A stretch of 18,719 nt of DNA from positions 1 to 18,719 of the forward strand of contig JBBIPN010000022.1 of assembly GCA_037442825.1 (NCBI GenBank). Direction: 5' to 3'. This DNA is from Sulfurihydrogenibium sp. Its GTDB lineage: Bacteria > Aquificota > Aquificia > Aquificales > Hydrogenothermaceae. Below, piece by piece: positions 1 to 9,234 of the stretch (position 1 is its first letter; each line of letters begins with the position of its first letter). The notes under the pieces are model-generated. The model saw only the letters and a program-made list of their open reading frames with translations. It was not told the origin of the DNA and ran no database searches. Position numbers and translations under genes: made by a program.

Positions 1-1127
1 CCTGCAAAAGTAGCTGCATGCTGTTCTGCTATACCTACATCAAAAAATCTGCTTGGAAATTTTTCAGCAAATTTTACAAGTCCAGAACCTTCTTTCATTG
101 CTGGTGTTATAGCTACTATTTTTTCATCCTTTTCTGCAAGTTCAACCAATGCATCACCAAAAATTTTACTATAAGAAGGTATATTAGAAGATTTATTAAA
201 AACACCTGAGATTTTGTCAAAAGGTGATACACCATGAAATACTACTGGATTGTCCTCTGCAAACTTATACCCTTTACCTTTCTGAGTTATAACATGTAGT
301 AGTATAGGCCCCCTCATCTGTTTAATATTTTCTAATGTTTGTTCTAAATCAAATAGATTATGCCCATCTATGGGGCCTACGTAAGTAAAACCTAACTCTT
401 CAAATATTACACCAGGAGCAAATAAACCTTTTGTATATTCTTCAATCTTTCTAAATATTTTTACTCCTTGTTCACCAAAAACTTTATTGATAGTTTCTTT
501 TAATTTCTGTCTTGGTTTTTGGAAAACTTGTTTGGTAATTATTTTATTAAAGTAAGTATAGATTGCTCCTACATTAGGTGATATAGACATTTGATTATCG
601 TTGAGTATAACAATAAATCTTGATGGGTCTATCCAACCAGCATTGTTTAAGCCTTCAAAAGCTTCTCCAGCTGTCATAGCACCATCACCTATAACAGCTA
701 TTGTATAACTATCATCACCTTTTAAATCTTTACCAACTCTAAATCCTAATGCTGCAGATATAGAAGTACTGCTATGCCCTGTTCCAAAATGGTCATACTT
801 ACTTTCTTTGATTTTAGGAAAACCAGCTATACCTTTATACTGTCTAAGTGTTCTAAAACTTTCTTTTCTATCTGTTAAGATTTTATATGTGTATGTTTGA
901 TGTCCCACATCCCAAACAATTTTATCTTTTTCTGGATCAAAAGCCATTAAAATTGCAATAGTAAGTTCAACAGTTCCTAAAGAGGGTCCAATGTGTCCAC
1001 CATTTAGAGATGTAACATCTATAATGTATTTTCTAATATCTTCACATAAAAGTTTTATCTCATCTTTTGATAAATTTCTTAGGTCTTTATAATTTTTAAT
1101 TTTTCCCAAGTTTGGGTATTCTCTCAT
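1..1127 (-). CDS. dxs: 1-deoxy-D-xylulose-5-phosphate synthase, N-terminal part (runs off window start)
   Basis: Manual minus-strand translation from ATG at 1127 (SD AGAGG upstream): MREYPNLGKIKNYKDL...GGHIGPSLGTVELTIA...IVWDVGHQTY...GHSSTSISAALG...GDGAMTAGEAFEGLNNAG...LNDNQMSISPNVG...FEELGFTYVGPIDGH, which are DXS/ThDP-binding motifs. Absent from the ORF track because no stop lies in the window. Confidence 0.97.
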   Translation of the reverse strand, partial: MREYPNLGKIKNYKDLRNLSKDEIKLLCEDIRKYIIDVTSLNGGHIGPSLGTVELTIAILMAFDPEKDKIVWDVGHQTYTYKILTDRKESFRTLRQYKGIAGFPKIKESKYDHFGTGHSSTSISAALGFRVGKDLKGDDSYTIAVIGDGAMTAGEAFEGLNNAGWIDPSRFIVILNDNQMSISPNVGAIYTYFNKIITKQVFQKPRQKLKETINKVFGEQGVKIFRKIEEYTKGLFAPGVIFEELGFTYVGPIDGHNLFDLEQTLENIKQMRGPILLHVITQKGKGYKFAEDNPVVFHGVSPFDKISGVFNKSSNIPSYSKIFGDALVELAEKDEKIVAITPAMKEGSGLVKFAEKFPSRFFDVGIAEQHAATFA

Positions 1128-1178
1128 AACTATAACCTCTTTGGATTTTAAAAATAATATAAACGTATCCTTGAAAAA

Positions 1179-1187
1179 TGCTATAAT
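1179..1187 (+). promoter_or_regulatory. Putative extended -10 promoter (TG-C-TATAAT) for the hisIE-led cluster
   Basis: tgctataat in the dxs/hisIE divergent intergenic region, about 30 nt before hisIE. Confidence 0.5.
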
Positions 1188-1222
1188 ATCATAACATTTA
1201 AATTTAAATTGGAGTGTTTGTT

Positions 1223-1843
1223 TTGAATATATCTTTATTAAAATTTAACGAGGAAGGATTAATACCTGTTGTAGCACAAAACTATTATACTGGAAAGATT
1301 TTGATGCAAGCTTATGCAAATAAAGAAGCTATAGAGGAAACGATAAAAACCGGATATGCAGTATACTATTCTCGTTCAAGAAAATCTCTCTGGAAAAAGG
1401 GAGAAACATCAGGAAACTATCAAAAAGTAATAGATATAAAAGTTGATTGTGACGAGGATAGTGTTATATACATTGTTGTGGAAGAAGGTCCAGCTTGTCA
1501 TACAGGAGAAGAAAGTTGTTTTTATAGAAATATCAACTTTGAGAGAGATTTAGGGCCTTTACCATTTGAAATATTACACAGACTATACGATAAAGTTTTA
1601 GAGAGAAAATCTACACTTCCAGAAAACTCATATGTAGCAAGTCTGTTTAAAAAAGGTACAGATAGAATAATACAAAAAGTAGGAGAAGAAGCTATAGAGA
1701 CTGTAATAGCTTTAAAAAATAATGATAAAAATGCTATTGTTTATGAAGTTTCAGATTTACTTTTTCATTTGATAGTTGCTTTAGTAAACAGTGGGATTAA
1801 ACTTTCAGAGATAGAAGAAGAGCTTTTAAGAAGGTATAGATAA
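1223..1843 (+). CDS. hisIE: Bifunctional phosphoribosyl-AMP cyclohydrolase / phosphoribosyl-ATP pyrophosphatase
   Basis: YYSRSRKSLWKKGETSGN, DCDEDS, PACHTGEESCF (HisI) and SYVASLF...QKVGEEAIE...EVSDLLFH (HisE). TTG 1223 is chosen as start because GGAG lies 8 nt upstream; the ORF track uses GTG 1214. Confidence 0.96.
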   Translation: MNISLLKFNEEGLIPVVAQNYYTGKILMQAYANKEAIEETIKTGYAVYYSRSRKSLWKKGETSGNYQKVIDIKVDCDEDSVIYIVVEEGPACHTGEESCFYRNINFERDLGPLPFEILHRLYDKVLERKSTLPENSYVASLFKKGTDRIIQKVGEEAIETVIALKNNDKNAIVYEVSDLLFHLIVALVNSGIKLSEIEEELLRRYR

Positions 1844-1854
1844 GGAGGAAAGCT

Positions 1855-2322
1855 ATGGAAAAAGCTATTGATTTTTGTTTACCAGGAATAGATGAAGATG
1901 GCAATGAAATAAATTTTTGTTTAAAAGATTATTTAAATGATGGTAAGGATATTATCTTATACTTTTACCCTAAAGATGATACACCAGGTTGTACTACTGA
2001 AGCTTGTGATTTTAGGGACAACTTAAACATTTTAAATAACTATGCAATAGTAGTAGGTGTAAGTCCAGATAGTGTTGAGAGTCATAAAAAATTTAAGGGT
2101 AAGTATAGTTTAAACTTTATACTTTTATCAGATAAAGATAAGTCAGTTATGAAGTCTTACGGTGCTTATGGTGAAAAAGTAATGTATGGTAAAAAAACAG
2201 AAGGTGTTATAAGGTCTACATTTATAATATCTTCAGATGGAACTGTAAAAAAAGCTTGGAAAAATGTAAAAGCTAAGGGACATGTTCAACAAATTTTAAA
2301 ATTTCTTGGAGTTGAAGATTGA
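1855..2322 (+). CDS. bcp: Peroxiredoxin, BCP/PrxQ family
   Basis: LYFYPKDDTPGCTTEACDFRD motif, GVSPDSVESHKKF, RSTFII; strong SD AAGGAGG. Confidence 0.95.
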   Translation: MEKAIDFCLPGIDEDGNEINFCLKDYLNDGKDIILYFYPKDDTPGCTTEACDFRDNLNILNNYAIVVGVSPDSVESHKKFKGKYSLNFILLSDKDKSVMKSYGAYGEKVMYGKKTEGVIRSTFIISSDGTVKKAWKNVKAKGHVQQILKFLGVED

Positions 2323-3095
2323 TATATGAAGTAAGTGCAAAAATAATAGAAAATAGATTTATTTCTGGAAAAACAAATTTACTTATACTACAAGCTCCAG
2401 AGATTGCTAAAGAATCGAAACCAGCTCATTTTGTTATGGTAAAACCTACTTTTGAAAACTACTATGACCCTTTACTTAGAAGAGCTTTTGCAATTGCCGA
2501 CGTAGATAACGATAATATATACATTTATTACGATGTTTACGGAAAAGGTACCCAATTTTTAACAACAAGGAAACCTGGTGAGTTTGTAGATGTAATTGGT
2601 CCCCTTGGAAATAATCTATTTCCAGAAAACTTTGATAATTATATTATAGTTGGTGGTGGAATAGGTTATGCTGGATTAACGCTTTTTATAAAGAAGTTGA
2701 AGAGTGAACGAAAAAGATTTGTTGCTATATATGGTGCAAGGAAGAAAGAGGATCTGTCAATGATAGATTGGAATAAGGAAAATAATATAGAAGCTTTATA
2801 CTATACAGAAGATGGAAGCTTTGGAAAAAAAGGATTAGTAACTCAAGATTTAAAACAGATACTATATGAAAATTCTGATGCTCCTTTAATAGTATGTGGG
2901 CCAAAAGGTATGATGAAAGCTATATCCAAAATAGCAAAGGAAGAAGATAGACTGTGTTATTTATCTCTTGAAAGTAAAATGGCTTGTGGTATAGGTATAT
3001 GTGTAGGTTGTGTAGTAAAAGATTTTAAAAAAGATAGTTATGTTAGAGTCTGCTATGAAGGACCTGTTTTTGAGAGTAAGGAAATTGAATTCTAA
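2319..3095 (+). CDS. pyrK: Dihydroorotate dehydrogenase electron transfer subunit (FAD/2Fe-2S)
   Basis: LRRAFAI, GPLGN, GGGIG, TEDGSFG, CGPKGMM, and C-terminal MACGIGICVGCV...VCYEGPVF 2Fe-2S motif. Confidence 0.92.
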   Translation: MIYEVSAKIIENRFISGKTNLLILQAPEIAKESKPAHFVMVKPTFENYYDPLLRRAFAIADVDNDNIYIYYDVYGKGTQFLTTRKPGEFVDVIGPLGNNLFPENFDNYIIVGGGIGYAGLTLFIKKLKSERKRFVAIYGARKKEDLSMIDWNKENNIEALYYTEDGSFGKKGLVTQDLKQILYENSDAPLIVCGPKGMMKAISKIAKEEDRLCYLSLESKMACGIGICVGCVVKDFKKDSYVRVCYEGPVFESKEIEF

Positions 3096-3666
3096 AATTT
3101 TAATCGTTTTACTTCTCCTTTTTTTTAAATCTTACGGTGAAACCGTAATAGAGCCAAAAATTATAGAGTATAAAGGTGTAAAGGAAGAGCAGATTCAAAA
3201 AATCAACAAAGATATAAATAACCTTTATTTAAAACAAAAGCAACTTGAAGAAAAAATAAACAGTATAGTAGGTGCTAAAAATTTACCACAGACAGATAAA
3301 AAAATATTAGAATATTTGCTAATAGAGCTTGAATCAATAAAGCAAAATCAAGAAAGTTTAAAACAACATATATCTAAACTAAATGATGATATAAAAAAAA
3401 TGCAAAATTTAATACAGCTTATAATTTTTAGTATTTTTATTGTTTTTATGATATTACTTTATAAGTATAAGAGGGATACAGGTAAAGGTATAGAGGAAGT
3501 TAAAGAAAGAGTTGAAAAACTTCAAGATAAGGAAAAAGAAGATGTAGATATTATTATCTCTTTAACGGAAAAAGCAAAAACAGATCCTAATGCTGCAAAA
3601 ATATTACAAACCTATCTAAAAAGTAGAGGTGAAGATAATGAAGTTCGAAATAACAAAAATATTTAG
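3085..3666 (+). CDS. Hypothetical protein: signal peptide, coiled-coil region, one TM helix, charged tail
   Basis: Probable TTG start at 3085 after AAGGA gives MNSKILIVLLLLFFKSYG (signal-like). Heptad-rich Q/E/K/L region follows, then TM LIQLIIFSIFIVFMILLY. ORF track start is 3040. Confidence 0.7.
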   Translation: MNSKILIVLLLLFFKSYGETVIEPKIIEYKGVKEEQIQKINKDINNLYLKQKQLEEKINSIVGAKNLPQTDKKILEYLLIELESIKQNQESLKQHISKLNDDIKKMQNLIQLIIFSIFIVFMILLYKYKRDTGKGIEEVKERVEKLQDKEKEDVDIIISLTEKAKTDPNAAKILQTYLKSRGEDNEVRNNKNI

Positions 3667-4123
3667 ATTTGAGGCAGGTCATAGAGTTTGGAAACAAAAT
3701 TTAGCAGAAGGAAAAGCAGCTGTTTTATCAGGTAATATGTGTATAGATAACAAATGTAGAAATTTACATGGTCATAGTTATATTTTAGAAGTAACTGTAG
3801 GTTCAGATACTTTAAATGAGCAAGATGTTGTTGTAGACTTTTATCATATAAAAAATGCATTGAAACGTTTAGTAGATGATGTTTTTGACCATTCTTTTAT
3901 TATAGACAAAAATGATCCATTCTATCCAATATTTAAAGAACATTTTGGTCATCTGAAACTAACAGAATTAGATTTTTGTCCAACAGCAGAAGCTTTAGCT
4001 AAATACTTTTATGATTATTTAGTTGAAAAATTAAAAGAAGTAAATCTCCAAGAAGATATAAAAGTTGTTCAGATTACTTTATGGGAAACAGCTACCGGAA
4101 AGGCTACCTACAGAGGAGAATAG
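3638..4123 (+). CDS. queD: 6-carboxy-5,6,7,8-tetrahydropterin synthase (PTPS/QueD family)
   Basis: FEAGH...CRNLHGHSY...VVDF...FDHSFI...PTAEALA...LWET motifs; ATG 3638 preceded by GAGGTG. Confidence 0.9.
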   Translation: MKFEITKIFRFEAGHRVWKQNLAEGKAAVLSGNMCIDNKCRNLHGHSYILEVTVGSDTLNEQDVVVDFYHIKNALKRLVDDVFDHSFIIDKNDPFYPIFKEHFGHLKLTELDFCPTAEALAKYFYDYLVEKLKEVNLQEDIKVVQITLWETATGKATYRGE

Positions 4124-4240
4124 GTGGAATATCTAAAGCTAATACCAGTTGTAGCTATAATGGTATTTTTTACTGGATTGTACTTTGTAATAGGTGTTAA
4201 ATTTTTAAAAAGAAGGAGAAAGAAAAATGGCAATAATTAA
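4124..4240 (+). CDS. Putative 38-aa single-TM small protein (MEYLKLIPVVAIMVFFTGLYFVIGVKFLKRRRKKNGNN)
   Basis: GTG directly after the queD stop, SD GAGGAG upstream; fills the intergenic gap and overlaps the next start; hydrophobic helix followed by KRRRKK. Confidence 0.65.
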   Translation: MEYLKLIPVVAIMVFFTGLYFVIGVKFLKRRRKKNGNN

Positions 4241-4754
4241 ACCATACAAAGGTATATATCCAAAAATAGACCCTTCTGTTTTCGTAGCTGAAAATGCAGT
4301 TATTATAGGTGATGTAGAGATAAAAAAAGATAGTAGTGTATGGTACAATGTAGTAATTAGAGGGGATGTAAACTATATAAGGATAGGAGAAAGAACTAAT
4401 ATACAAGATGGAACTATTATCCATATAGACCATAAAAGATATCCAACAGTTATTGGAGATAATGTTACTGTAGGACATAAAGTGATGTTACATGCTTGTA
4501 CAATAGAAGATTACTGTTTAATTGGAATGTCTTCTACTGTTATGGATGGAGTTGTTGTTGGGAAGTATTCTATAGTAGCTGCTGGAGCAGTCGTTACGCC
4601 AGGTAAAATAATAGAACCTTATTCACTTTGGGCTGGTATACCAGCAAAATTTGTAAGAAAACTTACAGAAGAAGAAATATCATGGCTAGAAAAATCTGCT
4701 GATAATTATGTAAAATATAAAAATAGCTATTTAGAGGGGATAAAAGATGAATGA
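4227..4754 (+). CDS. Gamma-class carbonic anhydrase family / hexapeptide-repeat protein (YrdA-like)
   Basis: IIGDVEI, VVIRGDVNYIRIGERTNIQDGTIIH, TVGHKVMLHAC with three Zn-ligand His; left-handed beta-helix repeats. Confidence 0.93.
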   Translation: MAIIKPYKGIYPKIDPSVFVAENAVIIGDVEIKKDSSVWYNVVIRGDVNYIRIGERTNIQDGTIIHIDHKRYPTVIGDNVTVGHKVMLHACTIEDYCLIGMSSTVMDGVVVGKYSIVAAGAVVTPGKIIEPYSLWAGIPAKFVRKLTEEEISWLEKSADNYVKYKNSYLEGIKDE

Positions 4755-4908
4755 AACTAACGAGCTTTTATTAGCTATATTTATATTTATACTTGCTGCT
4801 TTGACTATATTCGGCTTGATGATTTATTGGAGTAAAAATAATACAGTTGTTGATGAAAGAGATAAAAAATACTATGAAAAAGGAGCAAAGAGTAATGAAG
4901 AGGGCTGA
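4747..4908 (+). CDS. Putative 53-aa single-TM small protein (MNETNELLLAIFIFILAALTIFGLMIYWSKNNTVVDERDKKYYEKGAKSNEEG)
   Basis: ATG overlaps the gamma-CA 3' end, SD GAGGGG upstream, stop overlaps the HU/IHF start; long hydrophobic segment near the N-terminus. Confidence 0.65.
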   Translation: MNETNELLLAIFIFILAALTIFGLMIYWSKNNTVVDERDKKYYEKGAKSNEEG

Positions 4909-5191
4909 TATCATAAATCAAATAGCAAAGATAGAAAAAGTTAACCTTGATAAAAAAGATATATCAAAAATTGTTAATGAAACATTTGAGTTAATATCAG
5001 AATATTTAACAAAAGATTTATATGAAGATAAAAAGGTTATGATATCTAGTTTTGGAACGTTTATTATAAAAAAGAGGAAACAAAAAATAGGAAGAAACCC
5101 AAAAACCGGTGAAGAAAAAGTGATTCCAGAAAGACTTGGCATAACTTTTAAACCTGGTAAAAAATTAAAGAAAAAAATAAATTCAAAATGA
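4895..5191 (+). CDS. HU / integration host factor family DNA-binding protein
   Basis: MKRADII...VMISSFGTF...IGRNPKTGEEKVIPER...FKPGKKLK signature; ATG 4895 has AAGGAG upstream. The ORF track start at 4847 is probably too long. Confidence 0.92.
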   Translation: MKRADIINQIAKIEKVNLDKKDISKIVNETFELISEYLTKDLYEDKKVMISSFGTFIIKKRKQKIGRNPKTGEEKVIPERLGITFKPGKKLKKKINSK

Positions 5192-5195
5192 TAGG

Positions 5196-5268
5196 CGGAG
5201 CGTGGCGCAGGTGGTAGCGCACTGGCATGGGGGGCCAGAGGTCGCCCGTTCGAATCGGGTCGCTCCGA
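5196..5268 (+). tRNA. tRNA-Pro (anticodon GGG), 3' CCA not encoded
   Basis: Cloverleaf: acceptor CGGAGCG/CGCTCCG + A, D-stem GCGC/GCGC, anticodon stem CTGGC/GCCAG with loop ATGGGGG, T-arm GCCCG-TTCGAAT-CGGGT. Confidence 0.97.
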
Positions 5269-5284
5269 TTAAAAGGAAGTTAAA

Positions 5285-6064
5285 ATGAAAAAACTTATAT
5301 TTTTAACTAACGATGACGGATATCAATCTAAAGGTATTTTGACTATTAGAAAAAAATTGTTAGAAGAAGGTTTTGATGTTATAACTGTAACACCTGATAG
5401 AAATATGTCTGGAACAAGTCATTCTCTTACATTTACAAGACCATTAAAAATTGTAAAAATGGAAGAGGATTTTTACTATATTGTAGATGGAACACCTGCT
5501 GATTGTGTACATCTTGGTATAAATGTTATACTAAAGGGTAGAAAACCAGATTTGCTTGTATCAGGTATAAACACAGGACCAAACATTGGTAATGATGTTT
5601 TCTATTCTGGAACAGTTGGTGCTGCAAGGGAAGGAACATTATTTGAAATTCCATCTATAGCTTTTTCTGTGTCATCGTCGAAAAATCCAAACTATGAAGA
5701 TATATCAAAGGTAGCTGTTAAGATAGTAAAGGCTACAATAATAAAAGGTTTACCAAAAAGTACATTTTTAAATGTAAATATCCCAACTATTCCTTTATAT
5801 GAAATTAAAGGTTATATGATTGCAAAACAAGGGAGAGGAGCTTACAAAGAAGAGATTGTAAAATATATGTCTCCTTCAAAGGAAGAGTATTATTGGATAG
5901 GTGGCGAAGAAGCTTTATCAGAAGAATGTAGCCCAGGAACTGATTATACGGCATTAAAAGAAAAATTTGTCTCTATAACACCTATCAAACTTGACCTTAC
6001 TGACTATGATGCTATAAGATTTCTTGATGAAAATAACTTTATATCAGAGATAATGAGGGTTTAA
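5285..6064 (+). CDS. surE: 5'/3'-nucleotidase SurE
   Basis: [46 protein letters not shown] motifs. Confidence 0.97.
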   Translation: MKKLIFLTNDDGYQSKGILTIRKKLLEEGFDVITVTPDRNMSGTSHSLTFTRPLKIVKMEEDFYYIVDGTPADCVHLGINVILKGRKPDLLVSGINTGPNIGNDVFYSGTVGAAREGTLFEIPSIAFSVSSSKNPNYEDISKVAVKIVKATIIKGLPKSTFLNVNIPTIPLYEIKGYMIAKQGRGAYKEEIVKYMSPSKEEYYWIGGEEALSEECSPGTDYTALKEKFVSITPIKLDLTDYDAIRFLDENNFISEIMRV

Positions 6065-7543
6065 ATGGTTAACTTATCGTTGGAAAAGTTTAAGGAAGTA
6101 GCAAAAGATTATAACGTAATTCCAATATATAAAGAGATATTGCTTGATATAGATACTCCTTTATCTGTTTACTATAAGATTTATTCTAGAGATAGATTTA
6201 ACTATATTTTGGAAAGTGTTGAGAAAGGTGAGTATGTAGGTAGATACTCTTTTATAGGTTCCTCTGAAAATTTCTATCTCAGAACAAAAAAAGATACAGT
6301 AGAGATTTATAATAAAGGTCAAGTAGAATACAAAAGTACAAAAGATCCAATTTTTGAGATTAAAAATCTTATTCAAGATTTTAAACCTTACGAAGATGAA
6401 AATTTACCACCATTTTGGGGTGGTTTTGTTGGTTATATAGGTTATGATGTTATCCATTTTTATGAACCGATACCAGATATAAAACCAGATAATATAAAGG
6501 TTCCTGATGTATATATCTTTTTAAGTGATGAAGTTGTAGCTTTTGACAATCTAACAAACAAAATTAAGATAATTGTTTCTGCTTTTGTAGATGAAAAAGA
6601 AGATTTAGAAATTATTTATAACAATGCTATAAAGAAAATAGAAAGTATTGAAAATAAACTATACTCACCTATTGAGGAAAAAAGACTTTCTCTAAAAGAG
6701 AAAGATGTAGATTTAACAAAATGGATTTCAAACACAACAAAAGAAGATTTTATAAAAGCAGTTTTAAAAGCAAAAGACTATATAAAAGAAGGTGATATAA
6801 TACAAGTAGTTTTATCTCAACGATTTAAAAAAACATTAAAAACAGAACCACTTGATATATACAGAGCTATAAGAGTTATAAACCCTTCACCTTATCTATT
6901 TTACTTAGATTTTAAGGATATTAAGATAATAGGTTCATCACCAGAAATACTTGTTACTGTTAAAGATGGAAAGATACTTACAAAACCAATAGCAGGCACA
7001 AGACCAAGAGGAAAAGATGTAGAAGAAGATAAAAAGTTGATGACAGAGCTTTTAAGTGATGAAAAAGAAAGGGCAGAACATCTTATGCTTGTAGACCTTG
7101 CAAGAAATGATGTTGGAAAAGTTGCAGAAAAAGGTAGTGTAAAGGTAGATAGATTTATGTACATTGAAAACTATTCCCATGTAATGCATATAGTCTCTGA
7201 TGTATCTGGAAGGTTAAAAAAAGGTTTACATCCATTAGATGTATTAAAATCAGTTTTTCCAGTTGGAACAGTAAGTGGTGCTCCAAAAGTTAGAGCAATG
7301 CAAATTATAGAAGAGCTGGAACCAGAAAAAAGAGGTGTTTATGCTGGAGCAGTTGGATACATATCTTTTGATGGAAATCTGGATACAGCAATAGCTATAA
7401 GAACAGCTTTAGTTGTAGACAACACAGTTTATATACAAGCTGGAGCAGGTATAGTAGCTGACTCAATACCAGAAAACGAATGGCTTGAGACAATAAATAA
7501 ATCAAAAGCGATGATGAAAGCTGTAGAATCTGTTGAGGATTAG
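6065..7543 (+). CDS. trpE: Anthranilate synthase component I
   Basis: [80 protein letters not shown]. Confidence 0.96.
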   Translation: MVNLSLEKFKEVAKDYNVIPIYKEILLDIDTPLSVYYKIYSRDRFNYILESVEKGEYVGRYSFIGSSENFYLRTKKDTVEIYNKGQVEYKSTKDPIFEIKNLIQDFKPYEDENLPPFWGGFVGYIGYDVIHFYEPIPDIKPDNIKVPDVYIFLSDEVVAFDNLTNKIKIIVSAFVDEKEDLEIIYNNAIKKIESIENKLYSPIEEKRLSLKEKDVDLTKWISNTTKEDFIKAVLKAKDYIKEGDIIQVVLSQRFKKTLKTEPLDIYRAIRVINPSPYLFYLDFKDIKIIGSSPEILVTVKDGKILTKPIAGTRPRGKDVEEDKKLMTELLSDEKERAEHLMLVDLARNDVGKVAEKGSVKVDRFMYIENYSHVMHIVSDVSGRLKKGLHPLDVLKSVFPVGTVSGAPKVRAMQIIEELEPEKRGVYAGAVGYISFDGNLDTAIAIRTALVVDNTVYIQAGAGIVADSIPENEWLETINKSKAMMKAVESVED

Positions 7544-8472
7544 TGTATCAACTCTTCTGGAAAAGGTTCTAAGTAGTATTGCTCTTTTAAATATTTATCG
7601 TTGAACCTATATATAAAGCTTTTTATATACTCTATCAATGTCTCTAACTGAATTTTGTTATTTACAAACTTATCTATCATTTTTAATATATGTTTCTTTT
7701 CCCCTTCATTAAGTTTATTATTAAAATGGCCATATATATGTTGTATAACATTAACATGTTTATTTATGTTAGTTTTTTTAGAAAAAGCAATATAAAACTC
7801 TTTTTCATATTTAGCTAAAGTATTTTCTAAACCTATACTTTTCCAGTTTGCAACTATATTTCCTAACTTTTTCAAAGAGTTGGAACTATAAAGCATAATT
7901 AAATACTTATGTTTTTTATGAAACTCTATTAAATCTTCTATATTTTTAATACTTTCTTTTAAGTTTCTAAATCTTGCAAATGTAAATATCTTTGTTAAAA
8001 AATCTCTTCTTATAAAGTAATCGTTTAATCTTCCTTCATCTTCAACAGGTAAGTGAGGAGATTTATCAATAGTAGCTTGTGCAAAAAGACCATTTGATTT
8101 TCCATTTATCAAACCTTTAAGATTTTCTTGATACAACTTAGTATCTTTTACACCACAGCTTGGAGACTTTGATTTTAGTAAAAATCCATCTATATCTTTT
8201 AAATTCTCTAAAAATCTATATGAAAAATCCAGTATTTCATCTGTATAATCTTTTTTACTATTTGGTTCTATCATTCTAATTTTATTTTCTTTTTTGTATA
8301 AAATTACTGATGGCCTTGGGACAGGCATACCTATATCAACTTCAGGACAAACTGTAATATAATCTACATAGTTTAAAAGCTTTTTAGAAAATTCATCGTT
8401 AACTATACCACCGTTGTATCTAACAGGTTCAATATTCAAACATCTACTTATTACTATTTTAGGTTTTACCAT
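7540..8472 (-). CDS. DUF523 (TudS thiouracil desulfidase)-DUF1722 fusion, RudS/YbgA type
   Basis: N-terminal SRCL..VRYNGG, VCPEV..GMPVPR, LKSKSPSCG, GLFA, PVEDEGRL (DUF523 Fe-S cysteines). C-terminal FH..HKYLIM, HVNVIQHIYGHF, YLKEQYYLEPFP (DUF1722). Confidence 0.92.
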   Translation of the reverse strand: MVKPKIVISRCLNIEPVRYNGGIVNDEFSKKLLNYVDYITVCPEVDIGMPVPRPSVILYKKENKIRMIEPNSKKDYTDEILDFSYRFLENLKDIDGFLLKSKSPSCGVKDTKLYQENLKGLINGKSNGLFAQATIDKSPHLPVEDEGRLNDYFIRRDFLTKIFTFARFRNLKESIKNIEDLIEFHKKHKYLIMLYSSNSLKKLGNIVANWKSIGLENTLAKYEKEFYIAFSKKTNINKHVNVIQHIYGHFNNKLNEGEKKHILKMIDKFVNNKIQLETLIEYIKSFIYRFNDKYLKEQYYLEPFPEELIH

Positions 8473-8481
8473 AAAAACTCC

Positions 8482-9219
8482 TTAAATATTTAAATAATCT
8501 CTTAAATATTTTGCACCATCTCTACTTGTTTTTAAAACATCTGATATATCGTGAAATGAAATTAAAAACTTACTTTGTTCAACAGATTTCATATCTTTTA
8601 TCTTTGTAAGATTTACAATATAACTTTTATGTATTCTAAAAAATCCTTTATATTTCAATATATCTTCAAATTCATACAGTTTTCTATTTGATATATATTC
8701 TTTTTCTTTTGTTCTTATTACTGTTTCAGACAACTCTGCCTTTATATAGTATATATCATCAGGTTTAAGAAGTATAATTTTAGATAAATGTTTTACTGGT
8801 AAAAGTATTTCATTGTTGTTTACGATACTTGAAATTTTTGCTGTGTTTACGATCTTTTGTTCAAGATTTTTTATTTTGTTTAAAGCGTTTTCAACATCTT
8901 GTTTTGTAAATGGTTTTAATAGATAGTCAACAGAGTTTACTTTGAAAGCTTCTAAAGCATACTCACCATAAGCAGTAGTAAATACAATGTAAGGTGGATT
9001 TTCCATATTATCAACTAGATACTTCGCTACTTCTAAACCAGTTCCATCTGGAAGTTTTATATCTAAAAAAACTATATCAACCTGTTTGTTTTCTAAATCC
9101 TTAATAGCTTTTTCTTTACTATCTGCCTCATCAACAATGTTGATACTGCCAATTTCATTTAAAAATCTTTTAATTCTCTCTCTTGCAATATATTCGTCTT
9201 CTACGATAAATACATTCAT
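8482..9219 (-). CDS. LytTR-family two-component response regulator
   Basis: Receiver IVEDE, FLDIKLPDGTG (phospho-Asp), VFTTAY, DYLLKP; LytTR domain FFRIHKSYIVNL; SD AAGGAGG. Confidence 0.95.
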   Translation of the reverse strand: MNVFIVEDEYIARERIKRFLNEIGSINIVDEADSKEKAIKDLENKQVDIVFLDIKLPDGTGLEVAKYLVDNMENPPYIVFTTAYGEYALEAFKVNSVDYLLKPFTKQDVENALNKIKNLEQKIVNTAKISSIVNNNEILLPVKHLSKIILLKPDDIYYIKAELSETVIRTKEKEYISNRKLYEFEDILKYKGFFRIHKSYIVNLTKIKDMKSVEQSKFLISFHDISDVLKTSRDGAKYLRDYLNI

Positions 9220-9234
9220 ATTAATTACCTCCTT

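Noticed and set aside
18..209. 63-aa + strand ORF
   Set aside because: Antisense shadow of dxs; no SD or family motifs.
3663..7164. Minus-strand ORFs 3663-3860, 4197-4478, 4918-5142, 6161-6376, 6901-7164
   Set aside because: All lie antisense to well-supported genes (queD, gamma-CA, HU/IHF, trpE), with compositions typical of shadow frames.
5196..7543. tRNA-Pro as integration site for the accessory block
   Set aside because: No integrase and no duplicated tRNA 3' end seen; housekeeping surE and trpE follow the tRNA directly.
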